Shown: one piece after another, positions 20,011 through 34,131 of the stretch
Numbering within the stretch: the stretch's first letter is position 1
Layout: every line of letters begins with the position of its first letter
Virus record (IMG/VR): IMGVR_UViG_637000104_000001
Length of the DNA stretch: 41,687 bases
Strand: one strand, 5' to 3'
Source of the DNA: a virus
Lineage: Duplodnaviria > Heunggongvirae > Uroviricota > Caudoviricetes
Made by a program: the position numbers and the translations under genes
Notes under the pieces: model-generated
Database searches by the model: none
Told to the model about the DNA's origin: nothing
Seen by the model: the letters and a program-made list of their open reading frames with translations, nothing else

Positions 20011-20186
20011 CGCGGGTTTTCGCTATTTATGAAATTTTTCCGGGGAAAATCATGTCGGTACTTCTCGAACATAACTATTTGTTTTTTCTAATATCGAATC
20101 CGTAAAAGGTCCGACATGAAAACGCCTAAAAAAGTCATTTTCGGGCACTTTCATGTCGGACCCTGTATTTATTGTGAGACTGTTTC

Positions 20187-20706
20187 ATGAAGGTTAATAA
20201 AAAGAAACTTGCCGAAATTTTCAACGTGGATCCGCGAACGATTGAACGCTGGCAGTCTCAGGGACTCCCTTGCGTCTCCGGAGGTAGTAAGGGCGTTGAA
20301 TCTGTATTTGATACCGCCATGGCAATTCAGTGGTATGCGCAGAGGGAAGCTGATATCGAAAATGAAAAACTCCGTAAAGAGGTTGAGGATTACAGGGCTG
20401 CCAGCGAGGCAGATCTCCAGCCTGGGACTATTGAGTACGAACGCCATCGACTTACGCGTGCGCAGGCCGACGCACAGGAGCTGAAAAATGCCAGAGACTC
20501 CGCTGAAGTAGTGGAAACCGCATTCTGTACTTTCGTGCTGTCGCGGATCGCAGGTGAAATTGCCAGTATTCTCGACGGGATCCCCCTGTCGGTGCAGCGG
20601 CGTTTTCCGGAACTGGAAAACCGACATGTTGATTTCCTGAAACGGGATATCATCAAAGCCATGAACAAAGCAGCCGCGCTGGATGAACTGATACCGGGGT
20701 TGCTGA

Positions 20707-20732
<26 letters not shown>
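20187..20732 (+). CDS. nu1: Terminase small subunit Nu1
   Basis: C-terminal two-thirds identical to remembered lambda Nu1 (..[40 protein letters not shown]...). Confidence 0.95.
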
Positions 20733-24413
<3,681 letters not shown>

Positions 24414-24433
<20 letters not shown>

Positions 24434-25733
24434 TCTCCCGCATATTGCCAGCATGGCTTTTAATGAGCCGCTGATGCTTGAACCCGCCTATGCGCGGGTT
24501 TTCTTTTGTGCGCTTGCAGGCCAGCTTGGGATCAGCCGCCTGACGGATGCAGTATCCGGCGACAGCCTGACTGCCGGAGAGGCACCCGCGGCGCTGGCGT
24601 TATCCGTTAATGATGACGGACCACGACAGGCCCGCAGTTATCAGGTCATGAACGGCATCGCCGTGCTGCCGGTGTCCGGCACGCTGGTCAGCCGGACGCG
24701 GGCGCTGCAGCCGTATTCGGGAATGACCGGTTACAACGGCATTATCGCCCGTCTGCAACAGGCTGCCAGCGATCCGATGGTGGACGGCATTCTGCTCGAT
24801 ATGGACACGCCCGGCGGGATGGTGGCGGGGGCATTTGACTGCGCTGACATCATCGCCCGTGTGCGTGACATAAAACCGGTATGGGCGCTGGCCAACGACA
24901 TGAACTGCAGTGCAGGTCAGCTGCTTGCCAGCGCCGCTTCCCGGCGTCTGGTCACGCAGACCGCCCGGACAGGCTCCATCGGCGTCATGATGGCTCACAG
25001 TAATTACGGTGCTGCGCTGGAGAAACAGGGCGTGGAAATCACGCTGATTTACAGCGGCAGCCATAAGGTGGATGGCAACCCCTACAGCCATCTTCCGGAT
25101 GACGTCCGGGAGACACTGCAGTCCCGGATGGATGCAACCCGTCGGATATTTGCGCAGAAGGTGTCGGCATATACCGGCCTGTCCGTGCAGGCTGTGCTGG
25201 ATACCGAGGCTGCAGTGTACAGCGGTCAGGAGGCCATTGATGCCGGACTGGCTGATGAACTTGTTAACAGCACCGATGCGATCACCGTCATGCGTGATGC
25301 ACTGGATGCACGTAAATCCCGTCTCTCAGGAGGGCGAATGACCAAAGAGACTCAATCAACAACTGTTTCAGCCACTGCTTCGCAGGCTGACGTTACTGAC
25401 GTGGTGCCAGCGACGGAGGGCGAAAACGCCAGCGCGGCGCAGCCGGACGTGAACGCGCAGATCACCGCAGCGGTTGCGGCAGAAAACAGCCGCATTATGG
25501 GGATCCTCAACTGTGAGGAGGCTCACGGACGCGAAGAACAGGCACGCGTGCTGGCTGAAACCCCCGGTATGACCGTGGAAACGGCCCGCCGCATTCTGGC
25601 CGCAGCACCACAGAGTGCACAGGCGCGCAGTGACACTGCGCTGGATCGTCTGATGCAGGGTGCCCCGGCACCGCTGGCTGCAGGTAACCCGGCATCTGAT
25701 GCCGTTAACGATTTGCTGAACACACCAGTGTAA
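24414..25733 (+). CDS. C: Head maturation protease / minor capsid protein C (GTG start)
   Basis: Lambda gpC N-terminus VTAELRNLPHIASMAFNEPLMLEP; ClpP/S49-like region; start taken at GTG 24414 inside ORF 24279..25733. Confidence 0.9.
25128..25733 (+). CDS. nu3: Scaffolding protein Nu3 (in-frame internal start within C)
   Basis: Internal ATG (MDATRRIFAQKVSAYTG...) in the C frame, as lambda Nu3 is nested in C. Confidence 0.7.
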   Translation: MDATRRIFAQKVSAYTGLSVQAVLDTEAAVYSGQEAIDAGLADELVNSTDAITVMRDALDARKSRLSGGRMTKETQSTTVSATASQADVTDVVPATEGENASAAQPDVNAQITAAVAAENSRIMGILNCEEAHGREEQARVLAETPGMTVETARRILAAAPQSAQARSDTALDRLMQGAPAPLAAGNPASDAVNDLLNTPV

Positions 25734-25742
25734 GGGATGTTT

Positions 25743-26075
25743 ATGACGAGCAAAGAAACCTTTACCCATTACCAGCCGCTGGGCAACAGTGACCCGGCTC
25801 ATACCGCAACCGCGCCCGGCGGATTGAGTGCGAAAGCGCCTGCAATGACCCCGCTGATGCTGGACACCGCCACCCGTAAGCTGGTTGCGTGGGATGGCAC
25901 CACCGACGGTGCTGCCGTTGGCATTCTGGCGGTTGCAGCTGACCAGACCAGCACCACGCTGACGTTCTACAAGTCCGGCACGTTCCGTTATGAGGATGTG
26001 CTCTGGCCGAAGGCTGCCAGCGACGAGACGAAAAAACGGACCGCGTTTGCCGGAACGGCAATCAGCATCGTTTAA
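25743..26075 (+). CDS. D: Head decoration protein D
   Basis: [41 protein letters not shown] matches lambda gpD. Confidence 0.95.
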   Translation: MTSKETFTHYQPLGNSDPAHTATAPGGLSAKAPAMTPLMLDTATRKLVAWDGTTDGAAVGILAVAADQTSTTLTFYKSGTFRYEDVLWPKAASDETKKRTAFAGTAISIV

Positions 26076-26130
26076 CCTTACCCTTCATCACTAAAGGCCG
26101 CCTGTGCGGCTTTTTTTACGGGATTTTTTT

Positions 26131-27156
26131 ATGTCGATGTACACAACCGCCCAGCTGCTGGCGGCAAATGAGAAGAAATTTAAGTTTGATCCGCTGTTTC
26201 TGCGTCTCTTTTTCCGTGAGAGCTATCCCTTCACCACGGAGAAAGTCTATCTCTCACAAATTCCGGGACTGGTAAACATGGCGCTGTACGTTTCGCCGAT
26301 TGTTTCCGGTGAGGTTATCCGCTCCCGTGGCGGCTCCACCTCTGAATTTACACCGGGATATGTCAAGCCGAAGCATGAGGTGAATCCGCAGATGACCCTG
26401 CGTCGCCTGCCGGATGAAGATCCACAGAATGTGGCGGACCCGGCTTACCGCCGCCGTCGCATTATCCTGCAGAACATGCGAGACGAAGAGCTGGCCATTG
26501 CTCAGGTCGAAGAGATGCAGGCCGTTTCTGCCGTGCTCAAGGGCAAATACACCATGACCGGTGAAGCCTTCGATCCGGTTGAGGTGGATATGGGCCGCAG
26601 TGCGGCGAATAACATCACACAGTCCGGCGGCACGGAGTGGAGCAAGCGTGACAAGTCCACGTATGACCCGACCGACGATATCGAAGCCTACGCGCTGAAC
26701 GCCAGCGGTGTGGTGAACATCATCGTGTTTGATCCGAAAGGCTGGGCGCTGTTCCGTTCCTTCAAAGCCGTCAGGGAGAAGCTGGATACCCGTCGCGGCT
26801 CTAATTCCGAACTGGAGACAGCGGTAAAAGACCTGGGCGAAGCGGTGTCCTATAAGGGGATGTATGGTGATACGGCGATCGTCGTGTATTCCGGACAGTA
26901 CGTGGAAAACGACGTCAAAAAGAACTTCCTTCCGGACAACACGATGGTGCTGGGGAACACTCAGGCACGCGGTCTGCGCACCTATGGCTGCATTCAGGAT
27001 GCGGACGCACAGCGCGAAGGTATTAACGCCTCTGCCCGCTACCCGAAAAACTGGGTGACCACCGGCGATCCGGCGCGTGAGTTCACCATGATTCAGTCAG
27101 CACCGCTGATGCTGCTGGCTGACCCTGATGCGTTCGTGTCCGTACAACTGGCGTAA
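26131..27156 (+). CDS. E: Major capsid protein E
   Basis: MSMYTTAQLLAANE.KFKFDPLFLRLFFRESYPFTTEKVYLSQIPGL matches lambda gpE; start at ATG 26131. Confidence 0.97.
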   Translation: MSMYTTAQLLAANEKKFKFDPLFLRLFFRESYPFTTEKVYLSQIPGLVNMALYVSPIVSGEVIRSRGGSTSEFTPGYVKPKHEVNPQMTLRRLPDEDPQNVADPAYRRRRIILQNMRDEELAIAQVEEMQAVSAVLKGKYTMTGEAFDPVEVDMGRSAANNITQSGGTEWSKRDKSTYDPTDDIEAYALNASGVVNIIVFDPKGWALFRSFKAVREKLDTRRGSNSELETAVKDLGEAVSYKGMYGDTAIVVYSGQYVENDVKKNFLPDNTMVLGNTQARGLRTYGCIQDADAQREGINASARYPKNWVTTGDPAREFTMIQSAPLMLLADPDAFVSVQLA

Positions 27157-27197
27157 TCATGGCCCTTCGGGGCCATTTTCTCTCTGTGGAGGAGTCC

Positions 27198-27593
27198 ATG
27201 ACGAAAGATGAACTGATTGCCCGTCTTCAGGTGCTGGGTGAGCAACTGAACCGTGATGTCAGCCTGACGGGGACGAAAGAAGAACTGGCACTCCGTGTGG
27301 CAGAGCTGGAAGAGGAGCTTGATGACACGGATGACGCTGCCGGTCAGGACACATCTGTCAGCCCGGAAAATGCGCTGACCGGACATGAAAATGAGGTTGT
27401 ATCAGCGCAGCCGGATACCGTGACTGATACGGCTGAACTGGTCACGGTTGTGGCACTGGTGACGCTGCATACTGATGCACTTCACGCCACGCGGGATGAG
27501 GCTGTGGCATTTGTGCTGCCGGGAACGGCGTTCCGTGTCTCTGTCGGTGTGGCAGCTGAAATGACAGAGCGCGGCCTGGCCAGAATGCAATAA
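27198..27593 (+). CDS. FI: DNA packaging protein FI
   Basis: MTKDELIARL..LGEQLNRDVSLTGTKEELALRVAEL.EELDDTD matches lambda FI. Confidence 0.9.
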   Translation: MTKDELIARLQVLGEQLNRDVSLTGTKEELALRVAELEEELDDTDDAAGQDTSVSPENALTGHENEVVSAQPDTVTDTAELVTVVALVTLHTDALHATRDEAVAFVLPGTAFRVSVGVAAEMTERGLARMQ

Positions 27594-27604
27594 CGGGAGG
27601 CGCT

Positions 27605-27958
27605 GTGGCTGATTTCGATAACCTGTTCGATGCTGCCATTGCCTGCGCCGATGAAACGATACGCGGGTACATGGGAACGTCAGCCACCATGACATCTGGT
27701 GAGCAGTCCGGTGCTGTGATACGTGGTGTTTTTGATGACCCTGAAAATATCAGCTATGCCGGACAGGGCGTGCGCGTTGAAGGCTCCAGCCCGTCCCTGT
27801 TTGTCCGGACTGATGATGTGCGGCAGCTGCGGCGCGGCGACACGCTGACCATCGGTGAGGAAAACTTCTGGATAGACCGGATTTCGCCGGATGATGGCGG
27901 AAGCTGTCATCTCTGGCTTGGGCGGGGCGTACCGCCTGCCGTTAACCGTCGCCGCTGA
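27605..27958 (+). CDS. FII: Head completion protein FII (GTG start)
   Basis: ADFDNLFDAAIA.ADETIRGYMGTSAT matches lambda FII. Confidence 0.9.
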   Translation: MADFDNLFDAAIACADETIRGYMGTSATMTSGEQSGAVIRGVFDDPENISYAGQGVRVEGSSPSLFVRTDDVRQLRRGDTLTIGEENFWIDRISPDDGGSCHLWLGRGVPPAVNRRR

Positions 27959-27969
27959 AAGGGGGATGT

Positions 27970-28548
27970 ATGGCCATAAAAGGTCTTGAGCAGGCCGTTG
28001 AAAACCTCAGCCGTATCAGCAGAACGGCGGTGCCCGGTGCCGCCGCAATGGCCATTAACCGCGTTGCTTCATCCGCGATATCGCAGTCGGCGTCACAGGT
28101 TGCCCGTGAGACAAAGGTACGCCGGAAACTGGTAAAGGAAAGGGCCAGGCTGAAAAGGGCCACGGTCAAAAATCCGCAGGCCAGAATCAAGGTTAACCGG
28201 GGGGATTTGCCCGTAATAAAGCTGGGTAACGCGCGGATTGTCCTGTCCCGACGCAGGCGTCGTAAAAAGGGGCAGCGTTCAGCCCTGAAAGGTGGCGGCA
28301 GCGTGCTTGTGGTGGGAAACCGTCGTATTCCCGGCGCGTTTATTCAGCAACTGAAAAATGGCCGGTGGCATGTCATGCAGCGTGTGGCCGGGAAAAACCG
28401 TTACCCCATTGATGTGGTGAAAATCCCGATGGCAGTGCCGCTGACCACGGCGTTTAAACAGAATATTGAGCGGATACGGCGTGAACGTCTTCCGAAAGAG
28501 CTGGGCTATGCGCTGCAGCATCAACTGAGGATGGTAATAAAGCGATGA
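27970..28548 (+). CDS. Z: Tail completion protein Z
   Basis: 192 aa, lambda gpZ-like, in the correct position. Confidence 0.9.
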   Translation: MAIKGLEQAVENLSRISRTAVPGAAAMAINRVASSAISQSASQVARETKVRRKLVKERARLKRATVKNPQARIKVNRGDLPVIKLGNARIVLSRRRRRKKGQRSALKGGGSVLVVGNRRIPGAFIQQLKNGRWHVMQRVAGKNRYPIDVVKIPMAVPLTTAFKQNIERIRRERLPKELGYALQHQLRMVIKR

Positions 28549-28940
28549 AACATACAGAACTCCGTGCAGCCGTACTGGATGCACTGGAAAAACATGACAC
28601 CGGGGCGACGCTTTTTGATGGTCGCCCCGCTGTTTTTGATGAGGCGGATTTTCCGGCAGTTGCCGTTTATCTCACCGGCGCTGAATACACGGGCGAAGAG
28701 CTGGACAGCGATACCTGGCAGGCTGAGCTGCATATCGAAGTTTTCCTGCCTGCTCAGGTGCCGGATTCAGAGCTGGATTCGTGGATGGAGTTCCGGATTT
28801 ATCCGGTGATGAGCGATATCCCGGCACTGTCAGATTTGATCACCAGTATGGTGGCCAGTGGCTATGACTACCGGCGCGACGATGATGCGGGCCTGTGGAG
28901 TTCAGCCGATCTGACGTATGTCATTACCTATGAAATGTGA
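28545..28940 (+). CDS. U: Tail terminator protein U
   Basis: 131 aa, lambda gpU-like. Confidence 0.9.
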   Translation: MKHTELRAAVLDALEKHDTGATLFDGRPAVFDEADFPAVAVYLTGAEYTGEELDSDTWQAELHIEVFLPAQVPDSELDSWMEFRIYPVMSDIPALSDLITSMVASGYDYRRDDDAGLWSSADLTYVITYEM

Positions 28941-28947
28941 GGACGAT

Positions 28948-29688
28948 ATGCCTGTACCAAATCCTGTAATGCCGGTGAAAGGTGCCGGGACCACCCTGTG
29001 GGTTTATAACGGGAGCGGCGACCCTTATGCGAACCCGCTTTCAGATGTTGACTGGTCGCGTCTGGCTAAAGTTAAAGACCTGACGCCCGGCGAACTGACC
29101 GCTGAGTCCTATGACGACAGTTATCTCGATGATGAAGATGCGGACTGGACCGCGACCGGGCAGGGGCAGAAATCCGCCGGAGATACCAGCTTCACGCTGG
29201 CGTGGATGCCCGGAGAGCAGGGGCAGCAGGCGCTGCTGGCGTGGTTTAATGAAGGGGATACCCGTGCCTATAAAATCCGCTTCCCGAACGGCACGGTCGA
29301 TGTGTTCCGTGGCTGGGTCAGCAGTATCGGTAAGGCGGTGACGGCGAAGGAAGTGATCACCCGTACGGTGAAGGTCACCAATGTGGGCCGTCCGTCAATG
29401 GCAGAAGATCGCAGTACGGTGACGGCGGCAACCGGTATGACTGTGACGCCTGCCAGCTCCTCGGTGGTGAAAGGGCAGAGCACCACGCTGACCGTGGCAT
29501 TCCAGCCGGAGGGCGCAACTGACAAGAGCTTCCGTGCGGTGTCAGCGGATAAAACAAAAGCCATCGTGTCGGTCAGTGGTATGACCATCACCGTGAAAGG
29601 CGTTGCTGCAGGTAAGGTCAACATTCCGGTTGTATCCGGTAATGGTGAACTTGCTGCGGTTGCAGAAATCACTGTCACCGACAGTTAA
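28948..29688 (+). CDS. V: Major tail tube protein V (with C-terminal Ig-like domain)
   Basis: [34 protein letters not shown] matches lambda gpV; start at ATG 28948. Confidence 0.95.
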   Translation: MPVPNPVMPVKGAGTTLWVYNGSGDPYANPLSDVDWSRLAKVKDLTPGELTAESYDDSYLDDEDADWTATGQGQKSAGDTSFTLAWMPGEQGQQALLAWFNEGDTRAYKIRFPNGTVDVFRGWVSSIGKAVTAKEVITRTVKVTNVGRPSMAEDRSTVTAATGMTVTPASSSVVKGQSTTLTVAFQPEGATDKSFRAVSADKTKAIVSVSGMTITVKGVAAGKVNIPVVSGNGELAAVAEITVTDS

Positions 29689-29703
29689 TCCGGAGAGTCA
29701 GCG

Positions 29704-30126
29704 ATGTTCCTGAAAACCGAATCATTTGAACATAACGGCGTGACCGTCACGCTTTCTGAACTGTCAGCCCTGCAGCGTATTGAGCATCTCGCCCTGATGA
29801 AACGGCAGGCAGAACAGGCGGAGTCAGACAGCAACCGGAAGTTTACTGTGGAAGACGCCATCAGAACCGGTGCTTTTGTGGTGGCTATGTCCCTGTGGCA
29901 TAACCATCCGCAGAAGACAAAGCAGCCTTCCATGAATGAAGCCGTTAAACAGATTGAGCAGGAAGTGCTTACCACCTGGCCCACAGAGGCAATTTCTCAT
30001 GCTGAAAACGTGGTGTACCGGCTGTCCGGTATGTATGAGTTTGTGATGAATGATGCCCCTGAACAGGCAGAGGACGTCGGGCCTGCAGAGCCTGTTTCTG
30101 CGGGAAAGTGTTCGACGGTGAGCTGA
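29704..30126 (+). CDS. G: Tail assembly chaperone G
   Basis: 140 aa, lambda gpG-like; ends just after the slippery site. Confidence 0.9.
   Translation: MFLKTESFEHNGVTVTLSELSALQRIEHLALMKRQAEQAESDSNRKFTVEDAIRTGAFVVAMSLWHNHPQKTKQPSMNEAVKQIEQEVLTTWPTEAISHAENVVYRLSGMYEFVMNDAPEQAEDVGPAEPVSAGKCSTVS
30102..30108 (+). other. Programmed -1 ribosomal frameshift slippery heptamer GGGAAAG (G to G-T fusion)
   Basis: G GGA AAG at the 3' end of G with the T frame opening in -1; the same site as in lambda. Confidence 0.85.
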
Positions 30127-30542
30127 GTTTTGCCCTGAAACTGGCGCGTGAGATGGGGCGACCCGACTGGCGCGCCATGCTTGCCGGGATGTCATCCACG
30201 GAGTATGCCGACTGGCACCGCTTTTACAGTACCCATTATTTTCATGATGTTCTGCTGGATATGCACTTTTCCGGGCTGACGTACACCGTGCTCAGCCTGT
30301 TTTTCAGCGATCCGGAGATGCATCCGCTGGATTTCAGTTTGCTGAACCGGCGTGAGGCTGACGAAGAGCCTGAAGATGATGTGCTGATGCAGAAAGCGGC
30401 AGGGCTTGCCGGAGGCGTCCGCTTTGGCCCGGATGTGAATGAAGTTATCCCCGTTTCCCCGGATGTGGCGGACATGACGGAGGATGACGTAATGCTGATG
30501 ACAGTATCAGAAGGGATCGCAGGAGGAGTCCGGTATGGCTGA
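30108..30542 (+). CDS. T: T frame, expressed as the gpG-T fusion by -1 frameshifting
   Basis: ORF in the -1 frame overlapping the G 3' end; lambda gpT-like. Confidence 0.85.
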   Translation: MFDGELSFALKLAREMGRPDWRAMLAGMSSTEYADWHRFYSTHYFHDVLLDMHFSGLTYTVLSLFFSDPEMHPLDFSLLNRREADEEPEDDVLMQKAAGLAGGVRFGPDVNEVIPVSPDVADMTEDDVMLMTVSEGIAGGVRYG

Positions 30543-33102
30543 ACCGGTAGGCGATCTGGTCGTTGATTTAAGTCTGGATGCGGCCAGATTTGACGAGCAG
30601 ATGGCCAGAGTCAGGCGTCATTTTTCCGGTACGGAAAGTGATGCGAAAAAAACAGCGGCAGTCGTTGAACAGTCGCTGAGCCGACAGGCACTGGCTGCAC
30701 AGAAAGCGGGGATTTCCGTCGGGCAGTATAAAGCTGCCATGCGTATGCTGCCTGCGCAGTTCACCGACGTGGCCACGCAGCTTGCAGGCGGGCAAAGTCC
30801 GTGGCTGATCCTGCTGCAACAGGGTGGTCAGGTGAAGGACTCCTTCGGCGGGATGATCCCCATGTTCAGGGGGCTTGCCGGTGCGATCACCCTGCCGATG
30901 GTCGGGGCCACCTCGCTGGCGGTGGCGACCGGTGCGCTGGCGTATGCCTGGTATCAGGGGGACTCAACCCTGTCCAGTTTCAATAAAACGCTGGTCCTTT
31001 CCGGTAATCAGGCAGGACTGACGGCAGATCGTATGCTGGTCCTGTCCAGAGCCGGGCAGGCGGCAGGGCTGACGTTTAACCAGACCAGCGAGTCACTGAC
31101 GGCGCTGGTGAATGCAGGTGTGCGTGGTGGTGAGCAGTTTGAGGCGATCAGCCAGAGTGTGGCGCGTTTCTCCTCTGCATCCGGCGTGGAGGTGGACAAG
31201 GTCGCTGAAGCCTTCGGGAAGCTGACCACAGACCCGACGTCGGGACTGACAGCGATGGCACGTCAGTTCCATAACGTGACGGCGGAGCAGATTGCGTATG
31301 TTGCTCAGTTGCAGCGTTCCGGAGATGAAGCCGGGGCATTGCAGGCGGCGAACGAGGCCGCAACGAAAGGGTTTGATGACCAGACCCGCCGACTGAAAGA
31401 GAACATGGGCACGCTGGAGACCTGGGCAGACAGGACAGCGCGGGCATTCAAATCCATGTGGGATTCGGTGCTGGATATTGGTCGCCCGGACACTGCCCGG
31501 GAAATGCTGGAGAAAGCAGAAAAGGCTTTTGATGAGGCGGACAAAAAATGGCAGTGGTATCAGAGCCGGAGCCACCGGCGCGGTAAAACATCCGCATTTC
31601 TTGCTAATCTCCGGGGAGCATGGGAGGACAGAGCGAATGCGCAACTTGGGCTTTCAGCCGCCACGTTGCAGGCCGATCTTGAAAAGGCCAGAGAGATGGC
31701 AGCAAAGGACTGGGCCGAGTCTGAGGCATCACGGCTGAAATATACCGAAGAGGCGCAGAAGGCTTATGAACGCCTGCAGACGCCGCTGGAGAAATATACC
31801 GCCCGTCAGGAAGAACTGAATAAGGCCCTGAAAGACGGAAAAATCCTGCAGACAGATTACAACACGCTGATGGCGGCGGCGAAAAAGGACTATGAAGCGA
31901 CACTGAAAAAGCCGAAGCAGTCCGGCGTGAAGGTGTCTGCAGGAGAGCGTCAGGAAGACAGTGCTCATGCCGCCCTGCTGACGCTTCAGGCAGAACTCCG
32001 GACGCTGGAGAAGCATGCCGGAGCGAATGAGAAAATCAGCCAGCAGCGCCGGGATTTGTGGAAGGCGGAGAGTCAGTTCGCGGTACTGAAGGAAGCGGCG
32101 CAACGTCGCCAGCTGTCTGCACAGGAGAAATCCCTGCTGGCGCATAAAGATGAGACGCTGGAGTACAAACGCCAGCTGGCTGCACTTGGCGACAAGGTCA
32201 CCTATCAGGAGCACCTGAACGCGCTGGCACAGCAGGCGGATAAATTCGCACAGCAGCAACGGGCAAAACGGGCCGCCATTGATGCAAAAAACCGGGGGCT
32301 GACTGACCGGCAGGCAGCGCGGGAAGCCACGGAACAGCGCCTGAAGGAACAGTATGGCGATAATTCTCTGGCGCTGAATAACGTCATGTCAGAGCAGAAA
32401 AAGACCTGGGCGGCTGAAGACCAGCTTCGCGGGAGCTGGATGGCAGGCCTGAAGTCCGGCTGGAGTGAGTGGGAAGAGAGCACCACGGACAGTATGTCGC
32501 AGGTAAAAAGTGCTGCCACGCAGACCTTTGATGGCATTGCACAGAATATGGCGGCGATGCTGACCGGCAGTGAGCAGAACTGGCGCAGCTTCACCCGTTC
32601 CGTGCTGTCCATGATGACAGAAATTCTGCTTAAGCAGGCAATGGTGGGGATTGTCGGAAGTATCGGCAGCGCCATTGGCGGCGGCGCATCAGCGTCAGGC
32701 GTTACAGCCATTCAGGCAGCTGCGGCGAAATTCCATTTTGCGACCGGAGGATTTACGGGAACCGGCGGCAAATATGAGCCAGCGGGGATTGTTCACCGTG
32801 GTGAATTTGTCTTCACGAAGGAGGCAACCAGCCGGATTGGCGTAGGAAATCTTTACCGGCTGATGCGCGGCTATGCCACCGGTGGTTATGTCGGTGGCAC
32901 CGGAAGTCCGGCGCAAATGCGGCGTTCAGAGGGTATCAGATTTGAGCAGAACAACAACGTGGTGATTCAGAACGACGGTACGAATGGTCTGCCAGGTCCA
33001 CAGATGCTGAAGGCAGTGTATGACATGGCCCGCAAGGGTGCCCGTGATGAAATTCAGGCACAGATGCGCGATGGTGGTCTGTTCTCCGGAGGTGGACGAT
33101 GA
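30535..33102 (+). CDS. H: Tail tape measure protein H
   Basis: 855 aa, lambda gpH-like, coiled-coil rich. Confidence 0.95.
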   Translation: MAEPVGDLVVDLSLDAARFDEQMARVRRHFSGTESDAKKTAAVVEQSLSRQALAAQKAGISVGQYKAAMRMLPAQFTDVATQLAGGQSPWLILLQQGGQVKDSFGGMIPMFRGLAGAITLPMVGATSLAVATGALAYAWYQGDSTLSSFNKTLVLSGNQAGLTADRMLVLSRAGQAAGLTFNQTSESLTALVNAGVRGGEQFEAISQSVARFSSASGVEVDKVAEAFGKLTTDPTSGLTAMARQFHNVTAEQIAYVAQLQRSGDEAGALQAANEAATKGFDDQTRRLKENMGTLETWADRTARAFKSMWDSVLDIGRPDTAREMLEKAEKAFDEADKKWQWYQSRSHRRGKTSAFLANLRGAWEDRANAQLGLSAATLQADLEKAREMAAKDWAESEASRLKYTEEAQKAYERLQTPLEKYTARQEELNKALKDGKILQTDYNTLMAAAKKDYEATLKKPKQSGVKVSAGERQEDSAHAALLTLQAELRTLEKHAGANEKISQQRRDLWKAESQFAVLKEAAQRRQLSAQEKSLLAHKDETLEYKRQLAALGDKVTYQEHLNALAQQADKFAQQQRAKRAAIDAKNRGLTDRQAAREATEQRLKEQYGDNSLALNNVMSEQKKTWAAEDQLRGSWMAGLKSGWSEWEESTTDSMSQVKSAATQTFDGIAQNMAAMLTGSEQNWRSFTRSVLSMMTEILLKQAMVGIVGSIGSAIGGGASASGVTAIQAAAAKFHFATGGFTGTGGKYEPAGIVHRGEFVFTKEATSRIGVGNLYRLMRGYATGGYVGGTGSPAQMRRSEGIRFEQNNNVVIQNDGTNGLPGPQMLKAVYDMARKGARDEIQAQMRDGGLFSGGGR

Positions 33103-33428
33103 AGACCTTCCGCTGGAAAGTGAAACCCGGTATGGATGTGGCTTCGGCCCCTTCCGTCAGGAAAGTGCGCTTTGGTGATGGCTATTCCCAGCGAGCGCCT
33201 GCCGGGCTGAATGCCGACCTGAAAACGTACAGCGTGACGCTTTCTGTTCCCCGTTGGGAGGCCACGGCGCTGGAGTCGTTTCTGGCTGAGCACGGGGGCT
33301 GGAAAGCCTTTCTGTGGACGCCGCCTTATGAGTGGCGGCAGATAAAGGTGACCTGCGCAAAATGGTCGTCGCGGGTCAGTATGCTGCGTGTTGAGTTCAG
33401 CGCAGAGTTTGAACAGGTGGTGATCTGA
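33099..33428 (+). CDS. M: Tail tip protein M
   Basis: 109 aa, lambda gpM-like. Confidence 0.9.
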   Translation: MKTFRWKVKPGMDVASAPSVRKVRFGDGYSQRAPAGLNADLKTYSVTLSVPRWEATALESFLAEHGGWKAFLWTPPYEWRQIKVTCAKWSSRVSMLRVEFSAEFEQVVI

Positions 33429-34126
33429 TGCAGGATATCCGGCAGGAAACACTGAATGAATGCACCCGTGCGGAGCAGTCGGCCAGCGTGGTGCTCTGGG
33501 AAATCGATCTGACAGAGGTCGGTGGAGAACGTTATTTTTTCTGTAATGAGCAGAACGAAAAAGGTGAGCCGGTCACCTGGCAGGGGCGACAGTATCAGCC
33601 GTATCCCATTCAGGGGAGTGGTTTTGAACTGAATGGCAAAGGCACCAGTACGCGCCCCACGCTGACGGTTTCTAACCTGTACGGTATGGTCACCGGGATG
33701 GCGGAAGATCTGCAGAGTCTGGTCGGCGGAACGGTGGTCAGGCGTAAGGTTTACGCCCGTTTTCTGGATGCGGTGAACTTCGTCAACGGAAACAGTGACG
33801 CCGATCCGGAGCAGGAGGTGATCAGCCGCTGGCGCATTGAGCAGTGCAGCGAACTGAGCGCGGTGAGTGCCTCTTTTGTACTGTCCACGCCGACGGAAAC
33901 GGATGGTGCTGTTTTTCCGGGGCGCATCATGCTGGCCAACACCTGCACCTGGACCTATCGCGGTGATGAGTGCGGTTATAGCGGTCCGGCGGTCGCGGAT
34001 GAATATGACCAGCCGACGTCCGATATCACGAAGGATAAATGCAGCAAATGCCTGAGTGGCTGTAAGTTTCGCAATAACGTCGGCAACTTTGGCGGCTTCC
34101 TTTCCATTAACAAACTTTCGCAGTAA
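33428..34126 (+). CDS. L: Tail tip protein L
   Basis: 232 aa, lambda gpL-like. Confidence 0.9.
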   Translation: MQDIRQETLNECTRAEQSASVVLWEIDLTEVGGERYFFCNEQNEKGEPVTWQGRQYQPYPIQGSGFELNGKGTSTRPTLTVSNLYGMVTGMAEDLQSLVGGTVVRRKVYARFLDAVNFVNGNSDADPEQEVISRWRIEQCSELSAVSASFVLSTPTETDGAVFPGRIMLANTCTWTYRGDECGYSGPAVADEYDQPTSDITKDKCSKCLSGCKFRNNVGNFGGFLSINKLSQ

Positions 34127-34131
34127 ATCCC

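Noticed and set aside
31729-32711. Minus-strand ORFs (176 and 168 aa) inside tape-measure gene H
   Set aside because: Antisense shadow ORFs within a well-supported gene; low-complexity Leu/Arg-rich translations.
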